Assembly (NCBI RefSeq): GCF_964355755.1 | Contig: NC_092676.1 | Span: 17,998,871-18,062,870 of the forward strand | Length of the DNA: 64,000 bases | Source of the DNA: Antedon mediterranea | Taxonomy: Eukaryota > Animalia > Echinodermata | Direction of reading: 5' to 3' | Shown here: one piece after another, positions 12,001 to 22,586 of the stretch | Layout: every line of letters begins with the position of its first letter | Position numbering within the stretch: the first letter of the stretch is position 1 | Program-made: the position numbers and the translations under genes | Notes under the pieces: generated by a model | Told to the model about the DNA's origin: nothing | What the model saw: only the letters and a program-made list of their open reading frames with translations | The model's database searches: none

Positions 12001-15000
12001 TGTCTTATTTTTGGGGACCTGGTATGTATTACTTTTCCGTAAGGCCATATTATGCGTACTCATATTTCTCGGAAACCACTCAGCATATCTATACGCATTA
12101 GCACATTTCTTTGCAAATTCAATGCATAGTTGGTAACGTCTCTCAGTCATAGTATGGAGTCCCAACTGCTTCAGTGACTCCGTGTATGATACGTAATCCG
12201 CACCAACGATAATGCGGCATGCTCTCTTTTGGATTCGCTCCAATTGGCAGGTCTGTTCCTTGGTTATACTGCTATGCCAAACCGGGACAGCGTACTCACT
12301 TATTGGGCGAACATAACACGTATACACGGAGATCAAATCTTCAGTCGGGACACCAAACCGTTTGAGACGTGATAGCATGTATAGTCGTCGACTACTTTTA
12401 CTAATAATATCGTTAAGGTGGGACTGCCAGCCAAGATTGGACTGGACAGTCAGGCCCAGAAGCCTGGTCTCAGACACCGCCTCAAGCTCCACCCCAGCGA
12501 TTTGAAGGTGAGGAGGGTTAGGCGGTTCCTTCATAAAACAAACCTGCATAACCTTGCACTTACTGGGGTTGAGCTCGAGACGGTTGTCCGTTGCCCAAGC
12601 ATCCAGATCCTGAACATCCACTCCAATCTGGCTGGGTTGATTTGCGGGACGAACTTCTACAAGGCTGAGGTCATCAACATACTTAAAGCTTTTAGCCAGA
12701 GACTCCTCAGAGGCATTATTGATAACAACCATGAAGAGATGTAAGGAAGTTTGTTATCCATGGCAGTAACTCGCTTCTGACACCAAGCTCGAAGAGTCTC
12801 TGAATAGCTAAAGTATGATCGATACAGTCAAACGCCTTGGAGAAGTCCGTCACAATAAGGGTGCCAACATTCTTACCCTTGTCTGTACCTTTAAAAAACA
12901 AATCAAGTATTTCAATAAGACAATGGGCAGTGGATGATCCTTTTATGCCACCATATTGGTTACGATCAATTTCTTTACCTATATCTTCCATAACCCAGTT
13001 GGAAACAAATCCTTCGCAAGAATCGATGTCAAAGATATTGGTCTTAATTTAGAGATTGAGGCAGGGGTAGTCTTTGGGATAGGGGAAATTGTGGCATCCT
13101 TCCACATTTTAGGAACAATTCCCTCTTTTAGAGATGAGTTAAATAAGTCACAAACGGGAACAGTGTCGATTCGACGGGCCTGACATGGAGAAATTGAATT
13201 GAAAATTACGGAACAATATTCAAGGTGAGGACGTATAATAGATTTGTATAAAGATAAAAGTGCCCTGCCGTCGTTCATAAACCTACAATTTCTCCATATT
13301 AAGCCCATCATTCTATTAGCTTTTGACAACACATGATTAATATGTGAACAAAAATTTAATTTACTATCAATAAAAATACCTAAATCTTTCCATACATAAA
13401 CCATCTCAAGATCATGTCCATTCAAATTATAATTGAAGAGCACAGGCCTTTTTTTAAGTGTTATAGATAAATATTTGCATTTATTAGCATTCAGTTTTAT
13501 CCCCCACTTCTCCGTCCATTCCACGAGACCATCCAGATCCTCCTGAAGTGAAAAAGCATCCTGTGGAGTGGTAATCACTTTGAACAATTTCAGATCGTCA
13601 GCAAATGAAAGAGACTCGGAATGATAAAATTTTAAAGGAAGATCGTTGATAAATAAATTAAACAAAAGCGGGCCCAGGATCGAGCCCTGCGGAACGCCCG
13701 ATAACACAGGGAGCCAATCAGATGTCTCTCCCCCAATGACAACACGCTGTTGTCTATTAGTTAAATAGCTTTTAAACCAACTTAAAAGTGAACCGGATAA
13801 ACCAAATTTTGAAAGTTTAAAAATAAGCAAATCATGGGAAACGGAATCAAAAGCCTTAGAGAAATCAGTGTAAATCACATCGCACTGCTTCTTGCTGTTA
13901 ATTGCATCGTATGATGTAGCAAGAAGCAGTGCAAGGTTGGTTTGACATGATCTCCCAGAGACAAAACCATGCTGCCTAGGACTTAAAGCATTAGCAACAT
14001 GTGATGACAAACCATCATGCACAATGCGCTCAAAAATCTTAGACATAGTAAGCAATAACGAAATAGGACGATAGTTACAGATTAGTTTTTTGGGACCACT
14101 CTTGTGAATTGGGACAATATTAGCGTGTTTCCAAGATGAAGGAAAAACCCCAGAACTGTTGGCATTTATAGCTTCTGCTATTGCTTTGTTATCATCCGGT
14201 TGGACCCCTGGGACAGTAATAAGGGCTCGCTGTTGGCATTTGTTTGTTATTAGTTGAATACCTTTGTGCCAGCCAGACGGGTCACTTGACTTAAGATTTT
14301 GAATGCGATCTCTGTAATGGAATTTCTTTGCCTGATCTATGAGTCGTATAACTTTGTTGCGCAAGAAACGCCAGAGAAACATCTTTTTCTCGGCAAAAGC
14401 AATCTGTCGTTTTCTAATTAAGTCTTTTTCTCAGTAGAGATCCATGGTTTGTCCTGAGAATGATGTTTAATTAATTTAGTAGGGAAGTGATTGTCAATTG
14501 CATCCTGAACAGTAGTGTAAAATGCATCAGCCTTATCAGATGTAGAGGATGCATCAAGAACTTCATACCAAGGATGATTGGTTATCCATCTTCCAAACTC
14601 ATAAATACAATGTTTACGTAATGGCCTAACTAATCGTTTAATTTGTTTACCCGTTTTACTACAACCGATTGGTGGCAGGTAGATGGTATTATGATCGCTT
14701 CTTCCAATCGGAGAGCATACAATAGGCTTCTTATAATAGTTCTTTAAATTAGTAATTACCAAATCTAATATGGCATCACCCCGAGTAGGCTGGTCTATAA
14801 TCTGCTTCAACGAGTGAGCTCTACACGTACGTACGTAGGACGTACTCGAAGCCATATGCATTCCAATTCATCTGGGACAATGATGTTATTTAATGTACTT
14901 ACAGGTAGGCTGTCCTTGACATAAACGGCCACTCCACCCCACGCTTTCCACTTCTCTTTGTAGTAAAAACATTAAACCCGCTTACTGCTATATAGTCATT

Positions 15001-18000
15001 ATCAACCTTATCTGATTGGCAGGTTTCGGTAATAACAGCGATATCGGTGGTACTGACATCAGTTTGTTTCAATAATATTTCAAGTTTTTCCAATAAAGAT
15101 TGGGCATTAGTAAGGAACACACCTGGAAGAAACTTAGCAGTGAATTTTGCTGTTAATTGTGCAGGTAAAACGTATGCGAGTACAGGCGGTGGGCGAATAT
15201 GACAGATGGATGGAACTGCTGGTCTGTTTCTAAAAATTACCTGTATCGGGCGTTTGATTTTCCGACCACCCCGTCTACCTCTACGAAATGCGGTTTTAAG
15301 TATACCAAGATCATCAAGCTTGTGCTTTATACTAGATGAAAGTTTAGCACCCTTAAGTGCAAGTGACTTCAACGTCTTAGCATCGTATACATACCGCGTT
15401 CGAGTGTAGGGCAGCTTCACAAGTGTAGAAAACAATAGTCTCATACATTCAGCTATGTACCACCTGTTGATTCCGTTCGCTACGTACCACCACTGGTGTA
15501 GAGCGTTGGGCCTAGGCAATTCTGTATCACTCATGTTGATAAATTTGTTACAAAAATCGTGCAAATGTCTACAGGTCTTGTCGAAAATCAGTAATAATAA
15601 ACTGCATTCATAATACATACGGTCACGGAAAAATATCACTTGGAATTCAACAAAAACTGAACAAAATAACAAGACAAGAAAAGTGTGACTGCTACCAAGC
15701 GCCACCAGATACCACAATACTGTATGTACAAAACATACTTACAAGTATTGCAAATTGTTCAATCCATGAAATATAGCAGCTGGTAAATTACTAATTTGAT
15801 TTCTCAAAATATCATATATGTTACTATAACTCGTGTTCCGCACGGTCTTTTTCTGCCTTAATATGTGGTTATATACTTTGCATGGACAAGTATAATAACA
15901 ACGCACTTTAATAAAAGTACTTTGACAAATTATTAAAATGAAAACAAATTGTATCACGAATAAAATTCGGAACTAACTGTATTTACGGCCATTGGTTTGT
16001 TATACACTATCCCTTCACTTTAAAATATATGTAGCTGTGCTGTGTAAATTAGATGATGCACGCAACAAAAGTATAAAAATGCCAAACTATATCATTAATA
16101 TGTATTATGTATATGTATATGTATATAATATGTATTAATTATTTGATATGTAGAGATAAAAAAAAAGTGGACAAAAATCAAATGAAAAACACATTGCTGC
16201 ACAAACACGAATTGTTAAGTTTATTGGGCAGACATCTCGGTCCTAACGGGACACAGGGAGCCTACAGTTATTCCTGCAAGCTTACTCAATAAAACTCAGC
16301 TATCGGGATTTCACTCGAAAAATGTCTTATCAAATCTCCCTATGTAATTTTATAATACTATTCCCCACAATATATTCTGATTCTTTATGGCGTATATTTA
16401 ATTTGATCTTTATTAATTTGCAGTATAATTCCTATTATTTAACTACTGTACCTTCACACACGTGTGGTATGTTTTAAAATAAACAAAAAACTGAAATGGC
16501 TATGATTAATGGCCAATTTTTTTTTCGTCTTCCAAAGGGACACTGTATTGATTGATGGAAAGTGCCTGTTTCCAGTCACCTTTAGGGTCAAATCTATTAT
16601 TTTAACTGCTCCCTTGTGTATAAAAGAGAGAAAATATTTGAAACTAAGGTGAACTTATCTTAAACCCGGAAATTACTTTGACCGGGAAGAATTGAAATTG
16701 AGAGGAAAATCCAATGTTGAAATCATAAATGTTGTTAAAAAACTCTTTATAATATCTTCCTAAGATATAAATATGGAACAATAGCGTCGGCGTGCACACT
16801 AATGTTATCAAATCTACGTTTCGCGGTACATCTCGGATAGATAAGGTAGGTATCCAAGGCGGAGATTTGTACCGAAGTTTTTGCATTGTGCTCGCCTACG
16901 TCAGAATTAACCATAATTTATATATAGATAATAACGATTTACACACGTGGGCTTACGCTTTTTTTGCTTACATAAAAAAAAAATGTTAGCCTAGCGTTGC
17001 ATGCTCCAAGCATGGAGGTCTATTTGTTACATCCAGTGATTTGTAAAAGTCGGAGGCTGGATGGCAATCTATAGTGTTATCGCAGTTCAAGAATTGATTC
17101 TCCATGGAGAGGGAACCAACATGATGGCGGCTACAATCGACCAATCAGATATGCCCTACGCAGTACGCACTACGCCTGTGTTAGTTTAGTTTAGTTATAA
17201 TGGGAAAGTTTAGGCGAGTGCCTTTTTAACCCCATATCAACTACATTGTGTCGATGCGATTCTTGAAGGTGTTAGTGGTCTCAGAATTAACAACGTCAGC
17301 TGGTAAACTGTTCCAATGGTTTATTACTCGTTGCGAGAAGGTATGTCTTCTACAGTTCAATCCTTTATGGAAAATAGGCTTGAAAAATCTCAGGTGATGT
17401 CCTCGAGTAATTCTGCTAATATTACTTCTCATCTGGAAAAAGTCATCCTTGAGCCTATCTGCATGAGAACGATGCGCAACGCGCGTTAAGCACATGAACG
17501 CGAACGCATTCTATATGATCCCCGTCAAAGGTCAAAATTAGGAGTTTATTGACAGTTTTATGATTTTTATTACATTAGAACAAATACAAACAAATACTTT
17601 GCGAGTAATTTGAGACCACAATTATCACTTTTTGACCAGTGGTTGATGAGATATTCATATGGCCAATTTCTTGACCAGTGGTCAGAAAAGAGTTTCTGTC
17701 CACTTTTGGCAACAAATTACCCATTAGAGTGAATAGAAATATGGGTCTTCTGAGTAGTTTGGCACAAAAATATTCCAATACACCCAGTAGTTACCAAGTT
17801 ACGCACAGTCCTGACTTTGACCATATTGACCTTTTGGCCCCTGTACTGACCAAGCATTCCAATTTTTTTTCGGCCAACAGCAAAAAATTGATTTGTATAG
17901 ATATAAGGAAGCAAAAAAACATTGTTAACATACTTTGCTAGAGGGTGCACGTAAACCCTTTCTGGCTCTCCAACTAAATATATTACCAATGGCATTTAAC

Positions 18001-21000
18001 CGATTATTAAAATTTTGTAGTAAATTACTCTCATACTATTTTTAATTGGTTTATTTATTTTTTTGGCAGAAAGAGAGGCCAACAACACTGTATTGCATTG
18101 TCAGCTGGTATGATATAGCTTATTACTTTATTGGTCTTAAAATCAAAGAGGCAATCAATAACTTTTCAAGATTGGATTCGAGACAATTACAGTTTCTTGA
18201 AAAGGAAAATATACTACTTACTGCAAATAGAAAAACAAATTATGCAGTTCAGGGCTATTGTTAGGATAGATAAATATGAACTTCTTAGAGTGTTAAAATA
18301 TAGAAAATTAAAATGTTCAAATAATAACCTCAGTTGACAGTTTACCATTTTACTTTTAACAAAGTGAATCACCTGGCTTATATTTTAGGTCACATCTAAG
18401 AACTCTGATACTTCATGCAAAACAACACATACAAACCGAGTGAAAACATTCTGTTGTTTTAGAGAAAAAAAATTATTGTTATAACACACTATAATAGGTA
18501 AATTTAAACTTACATCCATTGAAGACTTGATAAATTATTATCCTTAAAGATATTTAAAACCCTCTCATCATACCCTTGCAGCCACCTATGAAATAATAAA
18601 ATAAAACAATTTGTCAAAAACTAAACAAATTTATTATTGTCTTGAAGACTGATCATGATGATGGGACTGATATATCAGTTCCATCATTACAATTATGGAC
18701 AATTTAATATTGGTGGTATAATACATACAAGAACAATTGAAAACTATCTTTGGGCATCTTCTTATTAACTATTTATCATTTGGGAAAGTTAAATGTTGAT
18801 TTTATTTCACATACTTTTTCCAATGATAATGAAATATGAGAGGGTAAAAACTTACCTGTATAATTAGTGTTCGCTGTAAATTCAGTTTACTTATTAACTA
18901 CACATACTTTAACTAACAACAGGACGCTGAGCTTGACTTGCCAACATATGCTATCATAACGAACGTGTATTGAAATGATGTCAACCTTCATTTTGACAAT
19001 GTTGACATTAAAATGCATAATAAAATCAGATGATGTTTATACTCACTTTATTGTTATGTTTCACCAAAAGCTGCCTCTTATATACATACCTTAATGTACA
19101 CATTTATTAATTTATATTGAAAGTGGGAAGGGTTTTGTATATTAAAGCAAGGCTATCAATAAGTGTGCGGATTATGGATGGTACCGTTTTGGTACCCACA
19201 GATCAGTCAAGCGTATACGGGGTGGAGACTTGTTTCGAAACTAGAGTTACCCTGCCTTTGATCTGGTCGAGCTCAGCGTCCTGTTGTTAGATTGCCTTGC
19301 ACATACACATGTTAGTAAGAGAATATTTTGGCTTTAGTGAGAAATATGATAGAAATGTATTTTTCTGGAAATAATTCAATATTTTCTGATATTACATAAC
19401 ATCAGATAATTATCAGATATTATTCTATAATTCTTTAATTTGTATTTATATTGGAAACACAACTAGTAATTATTTTAATATTAAGCCTATATTATATGAT
19501 TTGAGAAATTGTAGGAAAGAAACTTGCTGTTGGTGAATTAGCAATACTGAAGGAAACTAGCAGTAAGAAGACATTGAACATCTTAGGTAGAATAGCCAAG
19601 GTGGTAAATTAATGTATATTATAAAGACATCAAAAGTGTCAAAAAAGAACCCTGAGTTGAATAGAACAATCAGGCTTTCAACTCATGAACATTTTCAATA
19701 AAACTATAAAACATTCACAACACATTATATTCTTAACTAAATTTTGATTAATTAATCTGTCACTTAAATGTTGAATCGATGTGCATGTTGTAAAGTACTA
19801 GACATCTATTAGAGGCCTAAATACTTTAAACTGTGTTATGTATCTATAAACCTGTTGTAAAGTACTAGACATCTATTAGAGGCTAAAATACTTTCAACTG
19901 TGTTCTGTTTCTATAAACCTGTTGCAAAGTACTAGACATCTATTAGAGACAAGAGTGAGTGAGTGGCCGAGCGGTTAAGATAGTGGAACCGTAATCATGT
20001 AGCCATAACATCGGCAGGGGTTCGAGGCTCACTCACTCCATGGTTCTGGTGGTAGAACGAGTCTTCTCGGATAAGGACTATAAACCGTAGGTCCAGTGTA
20101 CACAACTTGCTCGTGTGCACTTTAAAGAACCTAGTACATCTTTCGAGATGAGTAGGGGGTTACCCCGGTGTATTAGTACATCACAGCCACTGATCACCAA
20201 CTGGGCCCTCTGGGAGATCAGTCTTTGACTGAAGAGGTTACCCAGTATAAAGATAAAACAAACAAACAAACAAAAATACTTTGAACTGTGTTATGTTTCT
20301 ACAAACCTGTTGCAAAGTACTAGACATCTATTAGAGGCCTAAATACTTTAAACTGTGTTATGTATCTATAAACCTGTTGTAAAGTACTAGACACCTATTA
20401 GAGGCCTAAATACTTTAAACTGTGTTATGTTTCTATAAACCTGTTGCAAAGTACTAGACATCTATTAGAGGCTAAAATACTTTGAACTGGGTTATGTATC
20501 TATAAACCTGTTGTAAAGTACTAGACATCTATTAGAGGCTAAAATACTTTGATCTGTGTTATGTTTCTATAAACCTGTTGCAAAGTACTAGACATCTATT
20601 AGAGGCTAAAATACTTTAAACTGTGTTATGTATCTATAAACCTGTTGTAAAGTACTAGACATCTATTAGAGGCCTAAATACTTTAAACTGTGTTATGTTT
20701 CTATAAACCTGTTGTAAAGTACTAGACATCTATTAGAGGCCTAAATACTTTGAGCTGTGTTCTGTTTCTATAAACCTGTTGCAAAGTACTAGACATCTAT
20801 TAGAGGCTAAAATACTTTGAACTGTGTTCTGTTTCTATAAACCTGTTACAAAGTACTAGACATCTATTAGAGGCTAAATACTTTGAACTGTGTTCTGTTT
20901 CTATAAACCTATTGCAAAGTACTAGACATCTATTAGAGGCTAAAATACTTTGAACTGTGTTGTTTCTATAAACCTATTGCAAAGTACTAGACATCTATTA

Positions 21001-22586
21001 GAGGCTAAAATACTTTGAACTGTGTTCTGTTTCTATAAACCTATTGCAAAGTACTAGACATCTATTAGAGGCTAAAATACTTTGAACTGTGTTCTGTTTC
21101 TATAAACCTGTTGTAAAGTACTAGACATCTATTAGAGGCTAAAATACTTTGAACTGTGTTCTGTTTCTATAAACCTATTGCAAAGTACTAGACACCTATT
21201 AGAGGCCTAAATACTTTGAACTGTGTTCTGTTTCTATAAACCTATTGCAAAGTACTAGACATCTATTAGAGGCTAAAATACTTTGAACTGTGTTCTGTTT
21301 CTATAAACCTGTTGTAAAGTACTAGACATCTATTAGAGGCTAAAATACTTTGAACTGTGTTCTGTTTCTATAAACCTATTGCAAAGTACTAGACATCAAT
21401 TAGAGGCTAAAATACTTTGAACTGTGTTCTGTTTCTATAAACCAAAGTGATTAAAGCACTTGACACAACCAACAATCAAGCACACAAAATTCACTAAATA
21501 TTAAACTATTTCAAAAGATTGATTGTAAAATTTACTTTTTTTAAATTTAATTTATGAATGTTAGTACTAGGAGTGTCAAGAATCATTAACATTGTATACT
21601 TACATGCATTCTAAAGGCTTATACTTATTCATCTTAATGATCAATGCTGCTATGTCACTCCATGGCACTGTTTTCTTCACACACTTGATGTCAAAATACA
21701 AATTGTATTGATCCTCTATACCATAACATATGCAATCAATTGGACATTCTGTGGTTAAAACATAAATGTTAGATAAATATTTAAAAAAAATAGAACTTTA
21801 CATAAGCATAGGGATGGTATTGTCCTGATTATGATAGATACGCCCTCCACAAGATGTGTATTTATTTTCATCTTTCTGGTTTTGTACCTTCTTCTTTCTA
21901 ATTTTTTTTTTATATATATATTGTTTGAATTGATGGAAGCCAAAGTGAACCATGTTATATATCAAGTAACACAAGTAGACACTTAAGATATTAGATGGAG
22001 AAATGTCAATTGAGATGTTAATAACATTCTTGCATTAACAATGCTATTTTTATCTAAAAGACATTCTGATCACATGATTGGCCATAGAAACAGAAATTTA
22101 GCACAAAAAAAACAAAAAGAAATCGTCATACAGTAGATAATCAGACACAACACAACAGAAAAAAAATCATTTGAATATATCATTACATTTTAAATACATA
22201 TTTTTTTATTTTTGCTATGTTTTATTTATTCAGTTGAACATTCCATACCTTACCTTATACTGCATGCCAGTATAAAGGAAGTGTAGGTTAAACAGTAGTG
22301 TAAGTTGGAGACAGCATAACAAAAACAGAGTTGGATCATTAGATACCAGTTCAGGGATTTAAGAGTAAATATCAGTCATTAAATTGTATTAGAAGTTAGT
22401 AATAGAACCACGAAAGAAATCAGTCAATACTAAATACGAGCATTAAGCAAGTATAAGGTTCATTAAACTTACTGATTTCACAATGAAGACCAACATATTT
22501 ATCAGGACAAACACATGTATTATTTGACATGTGACATGTACCTCCATTCTGACATGGATTGCTGTTACACATAGTATCTTCAGTTC
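1..22586 (-). CDS. LRR-GPCR paralogue A (partial, spliced): EGF exon + LRRNT exon + at least 14 LRR exons; 7TM exon expected left of the window
   Basis: Chain of GT-AG exons with compatible phases (EGF 1-1, LRRNT 1-2, LRRs 2-2) that translates without stops. Paralogy to copy B, which ends in a 7TM exon, comes from near-identical flanking sequence. First (signal peptide) exon not identified. Confidence 0.8.
708..779 (-). CDS. 72-nt LRR exon, SLWGNQISNLPADIFDGLNNLQRL
   Basis: tgcag acceptor, gtaagt donor, phase 2-2, 24-aa typical LRR. Confidence 0.88.
1157..1228 (-). CDS. 72-nt LRR exon, WLNGNEIRNLPADIFDGLNNLQDL
   Basis: ttcag acceptor, gtaagt donor, phase 2-2. Confidence 0.88.
1517..1588 (-). 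CDS. 72-nt LRR exon, YLYDNQISNLPADIFDGLNNLQVL
   Basis: tgcag acceptor, gtaagt donor, phase 2-2. Confidence 0.88.
1919..3497 (+). mobile_element. Non-autonomous Helentron-like (HINE/DINE-type) rolling-circle element
   Basis: Interrupts the intron repeat unit at a T-rich site with no TSD. Subterminal inverted repeat AGGTGATCATT (1921) / AATGATCACCT (~3454), with a second inverted copy at ~1941. 3' hairpin AATTCGTCA-aag-TGACGAATT, then CTAG. Confidence 0.7.
3832..3903 (-). CDS. 72-nt LRR exon, ALDNNQISNLPADIFDGLNNLLWL
   Basis: tgcag acceptor, gtaagt donor, phase 2-2. Confidence 0.88.
4727..4798 (-). CDS. 72-nt LRR exon, YLHDNQISNLPADIFDGLNNLQVL
   Basis: tgcag acceptor, gtaagt donor, phase 2-2. 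Confidence 0.88.
5469..5540 (-). CDS. 72-nt LRR exon, YLYDNQISDLPAGIFHGLNTLLDL
   Basis: tgcag acceptor, gtaagt donor, phase 2-2. Confidence 0.88.
6210..6281 (-). CDS. 72-nt LRR exon, WLDNNQISNLPADIFHGLNNLQYL
   Basis: tgcag acceptor, gtaagt donor, phase 2-2. Confidence 0.88.
6933..7004 (-). CDS. 72-nt LRR exon, YLHDNQISNLPADIFDGLNNLQVL
   Basis: tgcag acceptor, gtaagt donor, phase 2-2. Confidence 0.88.
7269..7340 (-). CDS. 72-nt LRR exon, ALSFYQISNLPADIFHGLNNLQVL (conserved Asn replaced by Tyr)
   Basis: tgcag acceptor, gtaagt donor, phase 2-2. Confidence 0.82.
7718..8030 (-). mobile_element. RTE-clade LINE 3' remnant forming part of the intronic repeat unit (representative copy; present in most array introns)
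   Basis: Minus-strand translation ...NIITNIDLYNSTNEEKWNRVIKRRRLTWCGHLL...PAQGAL...RPKTTWIKII followed by a (GAT)n tail; matches the RRL.W.GH...RP..TW C-terminus of RTE ORF2. Confidence 0.7.
8128..8199 (-). CDS. 72-nt LRR exon, VLGDNQFSNLPADIFDGLNNLLWL
   Basis: tgcag acceptor, gtaagt donor, phase 2-2. Confidence 0.88.
9023..9094 (-). CDS. 72-nt LRR exon, VLGDNQFSNLPADIFDGLKNLLWL
   Basis: Near-perfect 895-bp tandem duplicate of the 8128 unit; splice sites intact. Confidence 0.88.
10008..11597 (+). mobile_element. Non-autonomous Helitron inserted in the LINE 3' UTR
   Basis: 5' TC, 3' hairpin GATGGTACGC...GCGTGCCATC and CTAG end, A|T target. Empty site TCATCA|TTAAAC is visible in the duplicate at ~57916. 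Confidence 0.88.
13165..14160 (-). mobile_element. Internal RT fragment of a second CR1-type LINE family fused in frame within the host LINE
   Basis: ORF 12979-14382 contains a full RT core (WKHANIVPIHK, DFSKAFD, GVPQGSILGP, FADD) and then restarts the host RT N-terminus (WKDATISPIPK...LRPISL). Confidence 0.8.
15743..15823 (-). CDS. 81-nt LRR exon, NIYDILRNQISNLPAAIFHGLNNLQYL
   Basis: gtaagt donor is clear; acceptor (ttatag) is inferred, keeps phase 2-2 and gives LQWINIY... after the 18514 exon. Confidence 0.65.
17241..17460 (-). mobile_element. CR1-type LINE 3' fragment
   Basis: TRGH...RRHTFSQRVINHWNSLP...FKNRID, typical CR1 ORF2 C-terminus. Confidence 0.75.
18514..18585 (-). CDS. 72-nt divergent first LRR exon, WLQGYDERVLNIFKDNNLSSLQW
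   Basis: ttcatag acceptor, gtaagt donor, exactly 72 nt, phase 2-2, open. Confidence 0.72.
18913..19290. mobile_element. MITE-like element with ~21-bp terminal inverted repeats
   Basis: CTAACAACAGGACGCTGAGCT ... AGCTCAGCGTCCTGTTGTTAG. Confidence 0.6.
19785..21443. repeat. 67-bp minisatellite (~20 copies) interrupted by a SINE
   Basis: Unit aaacctgttgtaaagtactagacatctattagaggctaaaatactttgaactgtgttctgtttctat, head-to-tail with no spacers. Confidence 0.95.
19953..20272 (+). mobile_element. tRNA-derived SINE
   Basis: Pol III A box TGGCCGAGCGG, B box GGTTCGAGGC, unrelated body, (AAAC)n tail; splits one minisatellite unit. Confidence 0.85.
21604..21748 (-). CDS. LRRNT (N-terminal cysteine cap) exon, CPIDCICYGIEDQYNLYFDIKCVKKTVPWSDIAALIIKMNKYKPLEC
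   Basis: ccacag acceptor, gtaagt donor, 145 nt, phase 1-2, CPxxCxC...C motif. Confidence 0.8.
22473..22586 (-). CDS. EGF-like domain exon, TEDTMCNSNPCQNGGTCHMSNNTCVCPDKYVGLHCEI
   Basis: ttgttag acceptor, gtaagt donor, 114 nt, phase 1-1, six-Cys EGF pattern. Confidence 0.88.

Larger units (their letters stand above)
9891..15715 (-). mobile_element. CR1/L2-group non-LTR retrotransposon (APE endonuclease + RT), degenerate, intronic, copy A
   Basis: ORFs 14899-15717 and 14418-14861 carry EN motifs (N.QSL, DIAVITET, PTRGDAILDL, SDH); 11941-12991 carries RT (DFSKAFD, YVDD); A-rich tail at 9891. Frameshifts, plus a 92-bp RT deletion at ~12738 relative to copy B. Confidence 0.9.

Noticed and set aside
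18856-18873. 18-nt micro-exon with AG/GTAAGT ends
   Set aside because: Contains TAA in the required phase-2 frame.
19953-20040. tRNA gene
   Set aside because: A/B boxes are present but continue into a SINE body with an (AAAC)n tail, and the element interrupts a minisatellite.
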